From an uncultured Lentisphaerales bacterium (GTDB taxonomy: Bacteria > Verrucomicrobiota > Lentisphaeria > JABSQK01 > UBA12247): a stretch of DNA of 64,000 nt. Shown here one piece after another: positions 43,785 to 55,059 of this stretch (positions are counted from its first letter, which is position 1; each line of letters begins with the position of its first letter). The stretch spans positions 64,001 to 128,000 of the forward strand of contig CALSSJ010000010.1 of NCBI GenBank assembly GCA_943788985.1, written 5' to 3'. The notes below the pieces were generated by a model. It made no database searches, was not told the origin of the DNA, and saw only the letters and a program-made list of their open reading frames with translations. The translations under genes and the position numbers were made by a program.

Positions 43785-44026
43785 CCCCGACCGTAACCAG
43801 TCGCAGACTGACTAATCCGCCGCGTTCCGAGCAGCCGCCGTGACCGGAAAGTAGGGGCCAAGCAGCCGCACGCCGTACTGAAGCTTCTCCCGAAACTGCC
43901 AATAGCTGCCGATCGCGACCTCCTTGTGATCCTCTCCAGCGGTGAACCCAGCATCCAGATGCTGTTGAAGTTCATCGGACAACGGCCCGGCCAGCAGCAG
44001 CGACTTTGAAGCTGAAGCCTTGTTCG

Positions 44027-45406
44027 TTAGTCGTGGCCTTGGGCTTGCGCGGAGGAGGCGGCACGGTATCGCTTGCTTGCCCTTTTGTAAATTATGAACG
44101 AAGCAGGGATTCGCAACAGACAGGCGCTCATGTACGCGACTCCAATTCCGGTGACGCCATGTGTGCGCCCGAGCGTCACCGTATAGAGCAGAAGCCCCCC
44201 CGTAAAAATGAGCGAGACGATCATCAAGGGCTCTTCTTTGTGTGCCCGCATGTATACAGAGAAGGGCAGACTACAGCGCAGGAGGAACGCAGCGATCAGG
44301 AACAAGATCGCCTGGCTCGGCACCAGCACCACGTCTGCCTCCTCCGTATTAAACTCCGGATAGATGACGATGCCGATAAAAAGAACTCCCAGCAGAAAGG
44401 CATGAATCGGAAAGGTCACCGCGAAAATGCGAGTGAGCCGTTGGTGAAGCGTACGATAGGCCTTTTTAGCCACGTAGACGCCAAATTCAGGAGTCCGCGC
44501 GATCACCCACGTGCCGGTGATACTGGTGACGGCAGCAATGAGATTGATCGTCATCCCCAGCCGCCCTGCTGCCGCTGCGCCTTCCGACGCAAAAATGGTC
44601 ATATTGAACACGGGAAAGACAGCGATATCGCAGCCGGTAGCCAGCGCCATCCGCCATTGCATCGGGACTACTTCGCGAATCCACTCCATCTTCGCCGCTT
44701 CCGGCTTCTGCAGCATCGAGCGAAAGAATCCGCCATAGCGCCTGAGCAAGAAGAATAGGACCAGCGCGACCTGCGTGCCCGCCAACGCCACACAGGCCCA
44801 GAGTTCGCCTCCCAACGCGATCGTGCCCCACAGGGCCGGACGCGTTAAGAAGGCTTCGACGGCCTGGAAGCGGTATACCTGTTTAACCTCGCCACAGCCC
44901 TGGAGGAGGGCTAATGTCGGTGTCAGCGCGAACTGAATTCCGACAAATAGGCTCAGCGCCAGCCATGGGGCCTGCCAGGCTATATCCGTGTCACCAGCAG
45001 TGTTGCTGAAGAACACGTAGCCACCGATGGCCAAGCAGATGGCCACCAAAACCCCCACGGTGGCGAACCAACCGAGCGTCACCCGGTACAAGCAACGCAG
45101 CCGACTCAATGCGTCAGGATCACCCTGCGGTAGCCCATCCTCGTCTCGGTGTAAGTGGGCCCATTCATGGCTTGCGAAGTGCATCGCCACCGTGCGAAAT
45201 CCCAGCTCCAAGAGGTTCTGTAGAGCCACAATGCTGGTGAAGGTAAAGTAGAATCCTTGGAGCTCAGACGAGAAAAATGCGACCAGCAAGAGGATGGTGA
45301 CGGGGCCACCCAACACCGTCCAAACCCGCGTGCCGATCCCAAACAGCACCGTCTGATCGATGTCCAGTGCGCGTAGCAAACGCCTGCCGCGTTCGCCGTT
45401 CTTCAT
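44027..45406 (-). CDS. Polysaccharide flippase (Wzx/MATE-like)
   Basis: About 12 hydrophobic segments; QGFYFTFTSIVALQ..ELG. Confidence 0.8.
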   Translation of the reverse strand: MKNGERGRRLLRALDIDQTVLFGIGTRVWTVLGGPVTILLLVAFFSSELQGFYFTFTSIVALQNLLELGFRTVAMHFASHEWAHLHRDEDGLPQGDPDALSRLRCLYRVTLGWFATVGVLVAICLAIGGYVFFSNTAGDTDIAWQAPWLALSLFVGIQFALTPTLALLQGCGEVKQVYRFQAVEAFLTRPALWGTIALGGELWACVALAGTQVALVLFFLLRRYGGFFRSMLQKPEAAKMEWIREVVPMQWRMALATGCDIAVFPVFNMTIFASEGAAAAGRLGMTINLIAAVTSITGTWVIARTPEFGVYVAKKAYRTLHQRLTRIFAVTFPIHAFLLGVLFIGIVIYPEFNTEEADVVLVPSQAILFLIAAFLLRCSLPFSVYMRAHKEEPLMIVSLIFTGGLLLYTVTLGRTHGVTGIGVAYMSACLLRIPASFIIYKRASKRYRAASSAQAQGHD

Positions 45407-46425
45407 GGCTGCTGGATATCCACTCCTGCGGCGCGTCGGCGTGCTTCCACCTGCTCCCGATGCCCATTCCGCCAGTCCACCAGTTCCCGCAACCCATCCC
45501 GAAGTTTGACCATTGTCAGAAAACCAAGGTCATTCCGCGCCGCTTCGATACTGCCGATCCGGTTCTGGACAAAGGTCTGCCCCGCCGGTTCGTACGCAGG
45601 CTCTAGGTCGGACTCAGTCACCTCCAGAATCAGCTTGGTCAACTCCGAGATGGACGTCTTGGTCCCGCTGCCCACGTTATAAAACTGGTCGGTCGCATCT
45701 GCGGCCATCGCCTTGATGTTGGCCCGGGCCACATCGCTCACGCAAATGAAGTCGTAGGCTTGCGAGCCATCGCCATAGATCGCGGGCGGCAAGCCACGAT
45801 CCAGCCGATCCAGCATCTTCATGATGACCGCGATGTAGGCGCCGCGGTAGTCCTGCCGAGCCCCGTACACGTTCATGTAGCGAAGCCCCACGTAGTCAAA
45901 GTGCTGGGCCGTCCCCTGATAGCGATGAAACAGGGCGTGCAGCATCTGCTCGCCAGCGATCTTGGTCGCCCCATAGAACGTGTCATTGTTCAGCGGGTGC
46001 GACTCGGGCATGGGCTCCTGGACCGCATCCCCATACACCGACGCGCTCGAGGAGTAGACCAGACGGCTCACACCCGCCTTGAGCGCACACTCCAGCACAT
46101 TAAACGTACCCCGGATATTGACATCGAAGGCAGCCTTCGGGTACTCATAGCAATGCAACAGCCACAGGGCCGCGAGGTGAAACACCCCGTCCATCCCCGC
46201 CATCGCATCCTGCAACACATCTGTCTGCAAGATATCGCCACCATGCGGGAAAATGCTGCAACGCTCATCAAGCAACGCCTGCTCAAGGTTCTCGCGCGAC
46301 CCACGGCTGAAATTGTCGAATACAACAACCTCGGCCACATCCTGTTGCAGGAGCTGGTCCACGACGTGCGAGCCGATGAAGCCAGCACCACCTACTACGA
46401 GAAAACGCTTCCCCGTCAGTTCCAC
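45403..46425 (-). CDS. NAD-dependent epimerase/dehydratase
   Basis: GGAGFIGSH, YSSSASVYG, YGATK and LRYMNVYG. Confidence 0.93.
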   Translation of the reverse strand: MELTGKRFLVVGGAGFIGSHVVDQLLQQDVAEVVVFDNFSRGSRENLEQALLDERCSIFPHGGDILQTDVLQDAMAGMDGVFHLAALWLLHCYEYPKAAFDVNIRGTFNVLECALKAGVSRLVYSSSASVYGDAVQEPMPESHPLNNDTFYGATKIAGEQMLHALFHRYQGTAQHFDYVGLRYMNVYGARQDYRGAYIAVIMKMLDRLDRGLPPAIYGDGSQAYDFICVSDVARANIKAMAADATDQFYNVGSGTKTSISELTKLILEVTESDLEPAYEPAGQTFVQNRIGSIEAARNDLGFLTMVKLRDGLRELVDWRNGHREQVEARRRAAGVDIQQP

Positions 46426-46604
46426 GTTGCTCCCCCTCGTTAGTCACTGGCGCCTTGGCATACAATCGTCCATAACGATGGACGAAATCTACGATAAACT
46501 GCCACGGCGGGACCGCAAGAGTTCACACCTCACAGCTCGCAGCTCAGCGGGCACCAGCGAAATACGCGACCAGTTCGATCGCGTATTTCGCAACAGGCAG
46601 GTGC

Positions 46605-48600
46605 TTAGGCCTGCAGGGTCTCGCCCTGGAAGACCATCAACTCGCCGACCAGCTTAGCGAAGCGCTGCGCGTCCTTCAAGTCACTGCCTTCCGACAGCAG
46701 AGCCTGGTTGTAGAGCAAGTCCACGTAGTCACCGAGCTTGTCCTTGTTGTCCGCACCAAGCAGGCCATCCATAATGCCAACCAATGCGTGATCGGGATTC
46801 AGCTCGAAAACCCGCTTGCTGGCAGGTACGTCCTGATTCATGCTCTTGAAGATACGCTCCATGTGCGCGTTCATGCCGCCCTCACCGGCCACCAAGCAGC
46901 TTGGGCTGTCGGTCAGGCGATTCGAAAAGCGCACTTCCTCCACATCTTCGCCCAAGTGCTCTTTGACGTAGGTCAACAGATCCTTATGCGTCTCGCCAGC
47001 AGCATCCAGCTTCTCCTTGCTCTCGGCATCATCACCCAGCTCCAGGTCGCCGCGGTCCACCGGTTGCAACTGCATGCCGTCGTACTCGGTGAGCGCTTGG
47101 ATGACCCATTCATCAATCGCGTCGGTCAGGTACAGCACTTCGTAGCTCTTCTTCTTGAAGACTTCCAGGTGTGGGGAAGCTTCCACTGCGGTGCGGCTGT
47201 CGCCCGTGATGTAGTAGATCGCCTTCTGGTCTTCCGGCATCCGATTGCGCACTTCGCGCAGGTCAGTCAGCACACCAGCCTCAGTCATGCTGCTCTCGAA
47301 CAACACCAGCTCTTGCAGCTTGTCACGATTCGTCGTGTCGAAGTGCAGCCCTTCCTTGAGGATCTTGCCGAACTCTTGGTAGAACGCCAGGTACTTATCG
47401 TTCTGCTTGGTCTTCATCTTCTTCAGCGTGCTAAGGATCTTCGTCGTCAGGTTGCGCTGGATGCGCTTGACCATCGCATCTTCCTGCAGCAACTCACGAG
47501 ACACATTCAGTGGCAGGTCATTGCACTGCACCACACCCTTCACGAACCGCAAGTACTCAGGCACCAGCTCTTTGCAGTCGTCCATGATAAAAACGCGCTT
47601 CACGAACAAGTGAATGCCCCGGCGGCTTTGCTCCGGCATGTAGAGATCCATCGGTGCCGTTGACGGCAGATAGAGCAACGCGGTGAACTCCACCATGCCC
47701 TCAGCCGTGAAATGGATAATCTCGGAAGGCTCATCGTAGTTGTGGGAGATATGACGGTAGAAGTCTTTGTACTCGTCGTCCTTGATCTCGCTCTTCGGCC
47801 GGGTCCACAGCGCCTTCTGGGAGTTCAAAGTCTGCGTGTCCACGGTTACGACCGCGTCTTCGCCTTCGATGATGTTGCCTTCCTCATCCTTCGGCTGCTC
47901 TTCGCGCGTGATGTCCATCACGACCGGGTATTCGACAAAGTCAGAATACTGCTTCACGACCTTGCGCAGCTTCCACTCGTCCAGGTACTCGCCAAAATCA
48001 GACGTATCTGCTGGATCGTTGTCTTCGTCGTCGTCAGACTCGATCACGACTTGGTTCTTGAGATGCAGGACAATCTCCGTGCCCGGCTCATCCTTGGTCG
48101 CATCATTTACTGTGTAGGAGCCATCTCCGGTCGAGGTCCAGCTCGTTGCGGAGTCCGCAGGCTGATCCGCGCGGCGGGTCACCAGGCTCACTTTATCCGC
48201 GACCATGAATGCGGAATAGAAACCAACACCAAACTGCCCGATCATGTCAGGATTTCCGGCAGCGTTCGCAGCCTTCAATTCCTGCAGGAACGCCTTAGTC
48301 CCCGAGCTGGCGATCGTGCCAATATTTTTCTCTACTTCCTCGCGGCTCATGCCGATACCGGTGTCGGTAATCGTGAGCGTATGCGCATCCTTGTCTGGAC
48401 TCAGCTTGATCTGCGCAGTCGCATCGTCGAACAGAATCTCCTTATTAGACAGCGACTCGAAGCGCCGGCGGTCAATCGCGTCAGACGCGTTCGACACCAG
48501 TTCGCGCAGAAAAAATCTCTTTATTCGAGTACAACGAGTGGATAACCAGCTCCAGCAGTTGCTGGACCTCTGTCTTAAATTTCTTGGTGCTCTTGCCCAT
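46605..48600 (-). CDS. htpG: Molecular chaperone HtpG (Hsp90), +1 frameshift at A6 near 48510-48515
   Basis: [52 protein letters not shown] and LPLNVSRE. Confidence 0.95.
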
Positions 48601-48708
48601 GCTAAAATCTCCTTGGAGAACGTTTGCTGAATGAATTGTAGTGAATAGAGTCAAGCTTGGTATGGTCGTTTGTTGCGCGCGCCATTCAACCGCAATTGCA
48701 CAGGCTTC

Positions 48709-50812
48709 ATGGCAAAACGATCCCGCAAAAAGACCCCTGAGACAGCAAATCTTCCGTTTGGTTTCATCTTGGCTGGGATCCTCCTCGCGACCGCCGCTGA
48801 TCTACGCGCCCGTCACCGGCTTCGACTTCGTCAACTACGACGATGACGTCTATGTGGTCGACAATCCCCACCTCCGCGATGGCCTGAGCGCCACCACCGT
48901 GCGCTGGGCCTTCACCCAGCTGCATGCCAGCAACTGGCACCCGCTCACCTGGCTGTCACACGCGCTCGACGTCCAGCTCTTCGGCATGCGTCCGGGCGCG
49001 CACCACACCGTCAGCCTGCTGCTGCATCTCGCCAATGCCGCCCTGCTTGCGCTGCTCCTGTTGCGCATGACCGGCCGCCGCGGCTGCGCCCTCGCCGTCT
49101 GTGCGCTCTTCGCCCTGCACCCGCTCCGCGTCGAATCAGTCGCTTGGATTGCCGAGCGCAAAGACGTGCTGTCCACCTTCTTCGGCCTCCTCGCCATGCT
49201 CGCCTATTGCCAGGCGTTGCGGAGTTCGCAACGCCGGCGTTGGCTCGCTGCTTCGCTGGGCTGCTTTGCCTGCAGTCTGCTGGCCAAGCCCATGTTCGTC
49301 ACCCTGCCCTGCCTGCTGCTAGTGCTCGACATCTGGCCGTTCCAGCGCAAAACCCCGTGGAGCACGCTCCTAGTCGAGAAAATCCCGTACTTCCTGCTGG
49401 CTCTCGGTTCCTGCATCGCCACCGTGATCGCCCAACGCTCCGAGGCCATCGTCTCACTCGCGCATGTCGCCCCGGCAATGCGCCTACAAACCACCCTCGT
49501 CGCCTACGCCCGCTACCTGGGGGCCAGCATCTGGCCCGGTCCGCAGGCAGCACTGTATCCCTATCCCGATCACTGGCCGCTGCTGATCCTGCTGGCCGCG
49601 TCCGCTGCCGTTGCCGGCATCACCGCCGCCGCCTGGCGCTTCCGCCAAGCCCATCCGCATGCGCTCACTGGCTGGCTTTGGTACCTCGGCACCCTCGTCC
49701 CGGTGATCGGGCTCGTGCAGGTTGGCGAGCAGGCCTACGCAAATCGCTACAGCTACCTGCCCTGCATCGGCCTCGCCATTGCCATCGTCTGGACTCTGGC
49801 AGCCCTGCTGCCACGTCGCCCCGCCATCATCATCGCCGTGCTTGCCACGGTGCTTTGCGGAGTTCGCACCGCCCAAGAACTGCCCCACTGGCGCAACTCA
49901 GAAGCCCTGTTCCGGCGCGCGCTCGCCGTCACCAAAATCAATAGCATCGCCAGCAACAACCTCGCCCACGAGCTCAACCAGCGCGGCGACTACGCCGAGG
50001 CAGCCACCCTCCTCGCCGAGGCCCTCCAGCACAAGCCCCATCACGCGCCACTACTGAACAACTATGGCTTGAGCCTCAAGGGGCTGGGCAGGCCCGCAGA
50101 AGCCCTCCAAGCCTTCCAAACCGCCTTGACCAAGCGGCCCCGATTCGGCGACGCCGCAAACAACATCGGCGACATGCTCTCGCGGGCCGACAGGCACGAG
50201 GAAGCACTCCGCTTCTTCCGTGATGCCGAAGCCTTGAGCCCGTACGACGCCAGCCCGCCCTACAATCGTGCCAACACCCTGCGCAAACTGAAACGGTTCG
50301 ACGAAGCAATCGCCGCCTATCGCATTGCCCTGGCGCGAGATCCGAAATACACCAAGGCCTGGAACAATCTCGCCATTGTCCTCGCCCAGAGCGGCGACCA
50401 GAGCGCCGCCGCCGAAGCGTTTGAGCACGTCCTGCACCTCACCCCAGATGACAGCAGCGTGCGCCACAACTATTCCCTGCTGCTGGGGCAGATGAATCGC
50501 TACGACGACGCAATCGCCCAAAGTCGCCAGGCGCTACGCATCTGGCCCTCCTACCACCAAGCGATGGACCAGCTTGCCACGCTATTGCTCCGTCACCCAG
50601 ATCCGGCCAAGGCGAACCCAGCCGAGGCCGAACAGCTTGCGAACTCCGCAATCCAGCTGCACGCCAGCGACTGGCGCTATCACTTCCGGCTTGTGCGCGC
50701 CCAGCACGCGCAGGGCAAGGACAATTCCCAGGCGGTGGAGGCCGCGCTCGCCGTCGCGCCCAACCCCGCGATCCGAAAACGCATTCTAGAATTTCGCCGC
50801 GCAGCCCCATGA
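48709..50812 (+). CDS. Membrane glycosyltransferase-like (TMTC/GT-C) protein with C-terminal TPR repeats; apparent frameshift near 48793
   Basis: [45 protein letters not shown], then TPRs. Confidence 0.88.
50591..50800 (+). repeat. Left copy of ~210-bp imperfect direct repeat (3' end of the TPR gene)
   Basis: Aligns with 54622..54831. Confidence 0.9.
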
Positions 50813-50963
50813 TCTCTGAGACTGTTTCGCTCCAGGAATTTCGCGCAGGCGGTCATGCATTGATCAGGCGACTCGGGTCGGAGACCCAAGCTACCGTTTC
50901 CTGGTTCCATGGCGCAGCGGAAGAAGATGGAGGTTGACCTTGACGAGTCGAAGGCCCTCTTCG

Positions 50964-51380
50964 CTACATCGTGAACCAGTTCTCGAGAGTCAGTCCGGGC
51001 CATTCGCTGAAATCGGCAGTGTTCCGTGTCACGAGCGTGAGGTTGTGATGGGTGGCGACAGCTGCAATCTGGCCGTCCACAAAGGTCGGCGTCAAGCCGC
51101 AGGATTCCAGTGCTGCTCGCTCCTGGGCGTGCAGAACGGCGGCAGCGTCATCGTAGGGGAGAACCGGTAGCCTGCTGACAACATCGTGAAGGTACTGCGC
51201 AATACGCTCGCGTTTGCGTCCCAGTGCCATGCGGGCAACTCCGTACTGAAGTTCATGCAGGACGGGGGCAGCGATGGCGATCTCATCCGCGTGCTCATCC
51301 AGTTTGACGAGAACGCCCCTATCTGGCTGTGGTCGTGCAGGTTCGGATATGATGTTGGTGTCAAGCAGGTAGAGAATCAT
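50964..51380 (-). CDS. vapC: VapC family PIN-domain toxin
   Basis: YLLDTNIISE, VLHEL, DGQIAAVA and LVTRNTADF. Confidence 0.93.
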   Translation of the reverse strand: MILYLLDTNIISEPARPQPDRGVLVKLDEHADEIAIAAPVLHELQYGVARMALGRKRERIAQYLHDVVSRLPVLPYDDAAAVLHAQERAALESCGLTPTFVDGQIAAVATHHNLTLVTRNTADFSEWPGLTLENWFTM

Positions 51381-51658
51381 TCAAAGACGTACCCGTCGCG
51401 TGGCATCCCGCGATCGCGCCAGCTATCGGCCTCTCCCTCCCTTAAGCACTCGTCAGACTCTGCTGAACGCTCTAGGAACGAATGGAGTGCAGGTTGAAAT
51501 CCCAAAGAAGACGATGCCAGAGCCTGATATCTGTCATGCGACATCACCACAGCGACAGGCTGCCCGTAGCGCGTAATTCCTATGTCTTCCCCGGCTTCCA
51601 CCTCATGGACCATGGCGGGTAGCTCATTCTTTGCCTGCGCTATGCTCAACGTCTTCAT
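51377..51658 (-). CDS. Phd/YefM family antitoxin
   Basis: SIAQAKNEL...ITRYGQPVAVV; overlaps the toxin start. Confidence 0.92.
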   Translation of the reverse strand: MKTLSIAQAKNELPAMVHEVEAGEDIGITRYGQPVAVVMSHDRYQALASSSLGFQPALHSFLERSAESDECLREGEADSWRDRGMPRDGYVFE

Positions 51659-51700
51659 CGCCTGTCTCCTAGTATCACTGCTAGCCCTTGCTCCCCCACT

Positions 51701-51719
51701 ATAGCCATAGGATGGCCAT
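51701..51719. promoter_or_regulatory. Candidate TA autoregulatory operator
   Basis: Inverted repeat ATAGCCAT-agg-ATGGCCAT about 45 bp upstream of the antitoxin start. Confidence 0.45.
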
Positions 51720-52234
51720 CTTTCAAATGTAGAGCTGTGCTGCTACTCTCCGCGAACCAATAGGTCATTCCCCCTCCAGCCGGTCAAGCGCAATGTGATG
51801 CAAATCGCTTGTCCCTAAGCCGAAGGCCGCGTTTTCTGTCCATCGCCCGTAATCCGCGTGTGGTGACCTCCATCTCCACTTGTCAATTGAATGCTCCATG
51901 TTGGCTGTTTAGGATCACCTTGAGCGAGCTCGGTTTCGCGAGAATGAAATTGGCTCACTGGCATCCATAGGGTGCCGCTCCTATCTAATCTTAATCCAAA
52001 TTCTCCTACATTCTCTGGAGACCGCCATTCTCCAAGGCGCCGAATACCCACCGGTTTTGAGCAGGTCTGGGACTTTCAGCCCGATGCCTTTTGGTGAAAT
52101 CCCCGATGTCTATTTCGGACCGCAGCGAGTTCCCAGGCAGGACGCTTCCTGAAAGTTGTTGTTTACACACATAAACTGAAACACCTATGGGATGCCTGTC
52201 AGGGTGGTTGCGGGTTGCGGATGCAACGCGCTAG

Positions 52235-52681
52235 TCAAGGCCGGGCAGCGGCCAGATCGGCGACGAGCTCGACGACGGCGGCCAGATAGGCGTCCCACGC
52301 GATCGCTGTCCACGTGGCCTTATACGTGGAAAGTGGGGCAGATATGTACAGAGATGGTTGGCTGTCGGCCAAAGCCTGCGCGGCTATGGCATCGAGTTGA
52401 ATCTGCAGGTCAGGTGGAGCGATGCCGTGGGCTTCGAGGAGGGCCTGGAGCTCAGGATCAAAGCTGTTCCGGTGGCGCTGAAAGAGCGATTTGGCACCGG
52501 TGAGTGGATTGAGGGCGCGAATGGCGTCGGAGAGGTGCTCGCGCCGAGAGGCGTGCTTACGACAGAGGGCTTGGACTTCGCGGACGGCGGGGGCCGTGGG
52601 TTGGCCAATCGGGCCGGGCTGGGGCGTGCAGGCCCCAGCGAAAAGCATGACACCGAGATGAACGAAAGGCTTGGTTTCCAT
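52235..52681 (-). CDS. Putative lipoprotein
   Basis: LFAGAC lipobox; aggagg RBS. Confidence 0.6.
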   Translation of the reverse strand: METKPFVHLGVMLFAGACTPQPGPIGQPTAPAVREVQALCRKHASRREHLSDAIRALNPLTGAKSLFQRHRNSFDPELQALLEAHGIAPPDLQIQLDAIAAQALADSQPSLYISAPLSTYKATWTAIAWDAYLAAVVELVADLAAARP

Positions 52682-52840
52682 TTTATCCTCCTTGCGGATG
52701 GTTGCGGGTTTCGCAAGCTCGTCAACGCGAGCTGTTGCGTTTCACCGGTCACTATGGGAGGGAGGCGCGTGCCAGATGGTGTCACGGTGGGAGTCGCCCT
52801 CCCCTACTTACCCGAGTCGGAGAACTCGTCCTCGGCCTTT

Positions 52841-53338
52841 TCAGTCTACTGAGGCGCGGAGGAGCGCGGTCAGAACCAAGCCGATGTCCGAGGCGTCGAG
52901 GCGGAGCGAGACGCAGAGGTCGTCTTCGGACTCACAGGCGTTGATGCGGATTGGCAATGGCGTTGAGAGAGTGGATACCTCTGCGATGCCACGGTGCGTC
53001 TCGACCATCTCGTTGCGGGATTCGCAATGAAGCAAACGGACAGCCTGGCACGTACCGGGCACAGAGATCCGGGCCAGCATCGCGTCGGTTGCGGAGATCG
53101 CACTCGCCAGAATGCACTCCTCGCGGCTGCCGTTACCGACTTGGAACGACGATGTGCCGTAGGTCATTGCTTGGATCATGGATGGTAGAGAATGGCCATC
53201 GCTCCAGGCAGCAACTCTGGCGTCTGCGGGAGCCTGGCAGAGCCGGGCGAGTGCGCGCTGGCGCGAGATTCCTTGGTGGCATCCCTGCGTATCGCTGAAA
53301 AAGTGCCAGTTGTGGAGTTCGGGAGCGTCCTTGCTCAT
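52841..53338 (-). CDS. Hypothetical protein
   Basis: ATGA-coupled to the WYL gene stop. Confidence 0.55.
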   Translation of the reverse strand: MSKDAPELHNWHFFSDTQGCHQGISRQRALARLCQAPADARVAAWSDGHSLPSMIQAMTYGTSSFQVGNGSREECILASAISATDAMLARISVPGTCQAVRLLHCESRNEMVETHRGIAEVSTLSTPLPIRINACESEDDLCVSLRLDASDIGLVLTALLRASVD

Positions 53339-54351
53339 GGGGAACTCTTGGTGTCGTGCTCTGGATAGCGGGCGAGCCGTCCAGTGCTCTGGGGCGCGTG
53401 GTGGGCGTTGGCGACTGCACGGGCTTTGGTCATGATCTCAGCGCGAAGCTCTTCCGGCTCGACCACTTGGAGCTCGGGGGCATTATAGAGGATCCAAGAA
53501 ACCACGACGGGGCGCGGTACGCGAGGGAAAAGCATTTCGAGGCCGCCGTCCGGAAGCCGCCGGTCGTACTGACCGGCGAACCACTCTCGCTCGGCATAGA
53601 ACCCCGCGCAGTCGGCTGCGCAACGTACTTTGACATTCTCGACAGTTTCCAAACCGAGGACGTTTCCTGTGCGAAGATGAGTCAGCAGGCCTTCTCGCGG
53701 GAGGAAGGCTTCCTGCGTGCGGTGTGCGTCGGCGACTCGGTGGAGAGCAAGGGTTCGGGCTGCGTTGCGCAGTCGACACCAGACACGGGCATACCAAATG
53801 CCCTCTTGCGCGAAGAGAGCGTGGATTTCGATGTCGCGACGTGCAGCGGAACGGCGCGGCGACGTGTAGTCCACGCGCAGTACGTGGCGCTGCTTCCAGG
53901 CATAAAGGATGTCTTCGATCGTGTCGGCTTGCAGATCTGCAATACCGTTGGTGGCGAGGATCAAAGGCAGCAGGGCTTGGACTTCGGCAGCTTCGGGACG
54001 AACCAGCGACACAGGCGCGTACATAGCCTCGCGGAGGACGGGGCTCAATGCCAGCTCGATACCTCCGCCAACCACGACATTCGGTAGCACTTCAGCCCCG
54101 CACAGCGGGGCGATGGGGAAGGCCCAGTGCTCATCAACGAGCGCGTAGCCGTGCTCCTCTGGGTCGTATTCGAGCGGGCAGTCGAGCACATCGCGCAGGT
54201 AGGCGATGTCGCGTTTGATGGTCCGCACGCTGGCGGCCAACGGCCCATCGTGAAGCTCGGCGGCGTAGCTCTCGGCGTTTGGGTAGCATCGGGTTTTAAG
54301 CCGCTCGATGAAGCCGATAATTCGATTGAGCTGGCGGCGTTGGGGCTCCAA
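53335..54351 (-). CDS. HTH-WYL-WCX transcriptional regulator (YafY/PafBC-like)
   Basis: SVRTIKRDIAYLRD, GIWYARVWCRLRNAARTLALHRV and WIL...VVEPEELRAEI. Confidence 0.9.
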   Translation of the reverse strand: MEPQRRQLNRIIGFIERLKTRCYPNAESYAAELHDGPLAASVRTIKRDIAYLRDVLDCPLEYDPEEHGYALVDEHWAFPIAPLCGAEVLPNVVVGGGIELALSPVLREAMYAPVSLVRPEAAEVQALLPLILATNGIADLQADTIEDILYAWKQRHVLRVDYTSPRRSAARRDIEIHALFAQEGIWYARVWCRLRNAARTLALHRVADAHRTQEAFLPREGLLTHLRTGNVLGLETVENVKVRCAADCAGFYAEREWFAGQYDRRLPDGGLEMLFPRVPRPVVVSWILYNAPELQVVEPEELRAEIMTKARAVANAHHAPQSTGRLARYPEHDTKSSP

Positions 54352-54621
54352 GATGACATCTCCCAGGTTGTGGTGTCGGGACTAGTGAGTGAGGTAGAAA
54401 GGCTCTCATCCCAAACGAAGAAACATGCAGGGGCAGGCCATATCGTGGCACGGGCCTGCCAGCAAGACAAGAATACCGGCTAACTCGATCCGGTCCAATA
54501 TAGACGGCATTGGCTTACGGCCCGGCTTCATTATCGGCCATGGGGGACGCGTCCCGCGAACTGAACTTCAGTAGGCGGCACTGAGCGCCACACCTACTCC
54601 CTGTTGCTGGACGGGATGGCT

Positions 54622-54831
54622 CGTCACCCAGATCCAGCGAGGCGCGGCGCAGCCGAGGCCGAACAGCTTGCGAACTCCGCAATCCAGCTGCATGCCGGCG
54701 ACTGGCGCTATCATTTTCGCCTCGTGCGCGCCCAGCATGCGCTGGATAAGGACAATGCCCAGGCGTTGGCGTCCGCGCTCGCCATCGCCCCGAGCCCCGC
54801 GATCCGAAAACGCATCCACGAATTTAGCCGC
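54622..54831 (+). repeat. Right copy of ~210-bp direct repeat (orphan 3' end of the TPR gene)
   Basis: Encodes [40 protein letters not shown]...PAIRKRI versus [40 protein letters not shown]...PAIRKRI. Confidence 0.9.
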
Positions 54832-55059
54832 TGACGCAGCGTCCCGGTGGTCCGAAAGAGTTTGTTGACGTCAAACACAGCGACTGCCCTTGTCGGAGTC
54901 CCGCCTTCAGGCCGCAGTTTATGAGCAGGTTTAGCGGCCGAAGCGCCCGTAGAGAACCGCCCCCAAAAGCGGAAGCTTCGCGGGCTCAGCCGAGCTTGCG
55001 AGACAGCCGAAGGCAACCCCGTCGGCAACCGCCCCATTTACGCAGACTCGTTTTGCGCG

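Noticed and set aside
48505..48520. Programmed ribosomal frameshift in htpG
   Set aside because: No precedent known to me, and similar slips in several unrelated genes point to sequencing error.
54446..54460. Sigma-54 promoter (TGGCAC...TGC)
   Set aside because: GG-to-GC spacing is 9 nt rather than the required 10.
50591..54831. DGR TR/VR pair as the explanation of the 210-bp duplication
   Set aside because: Differences involve all bases, many are synonymous, they are not adenine-specific, and no RT is present.
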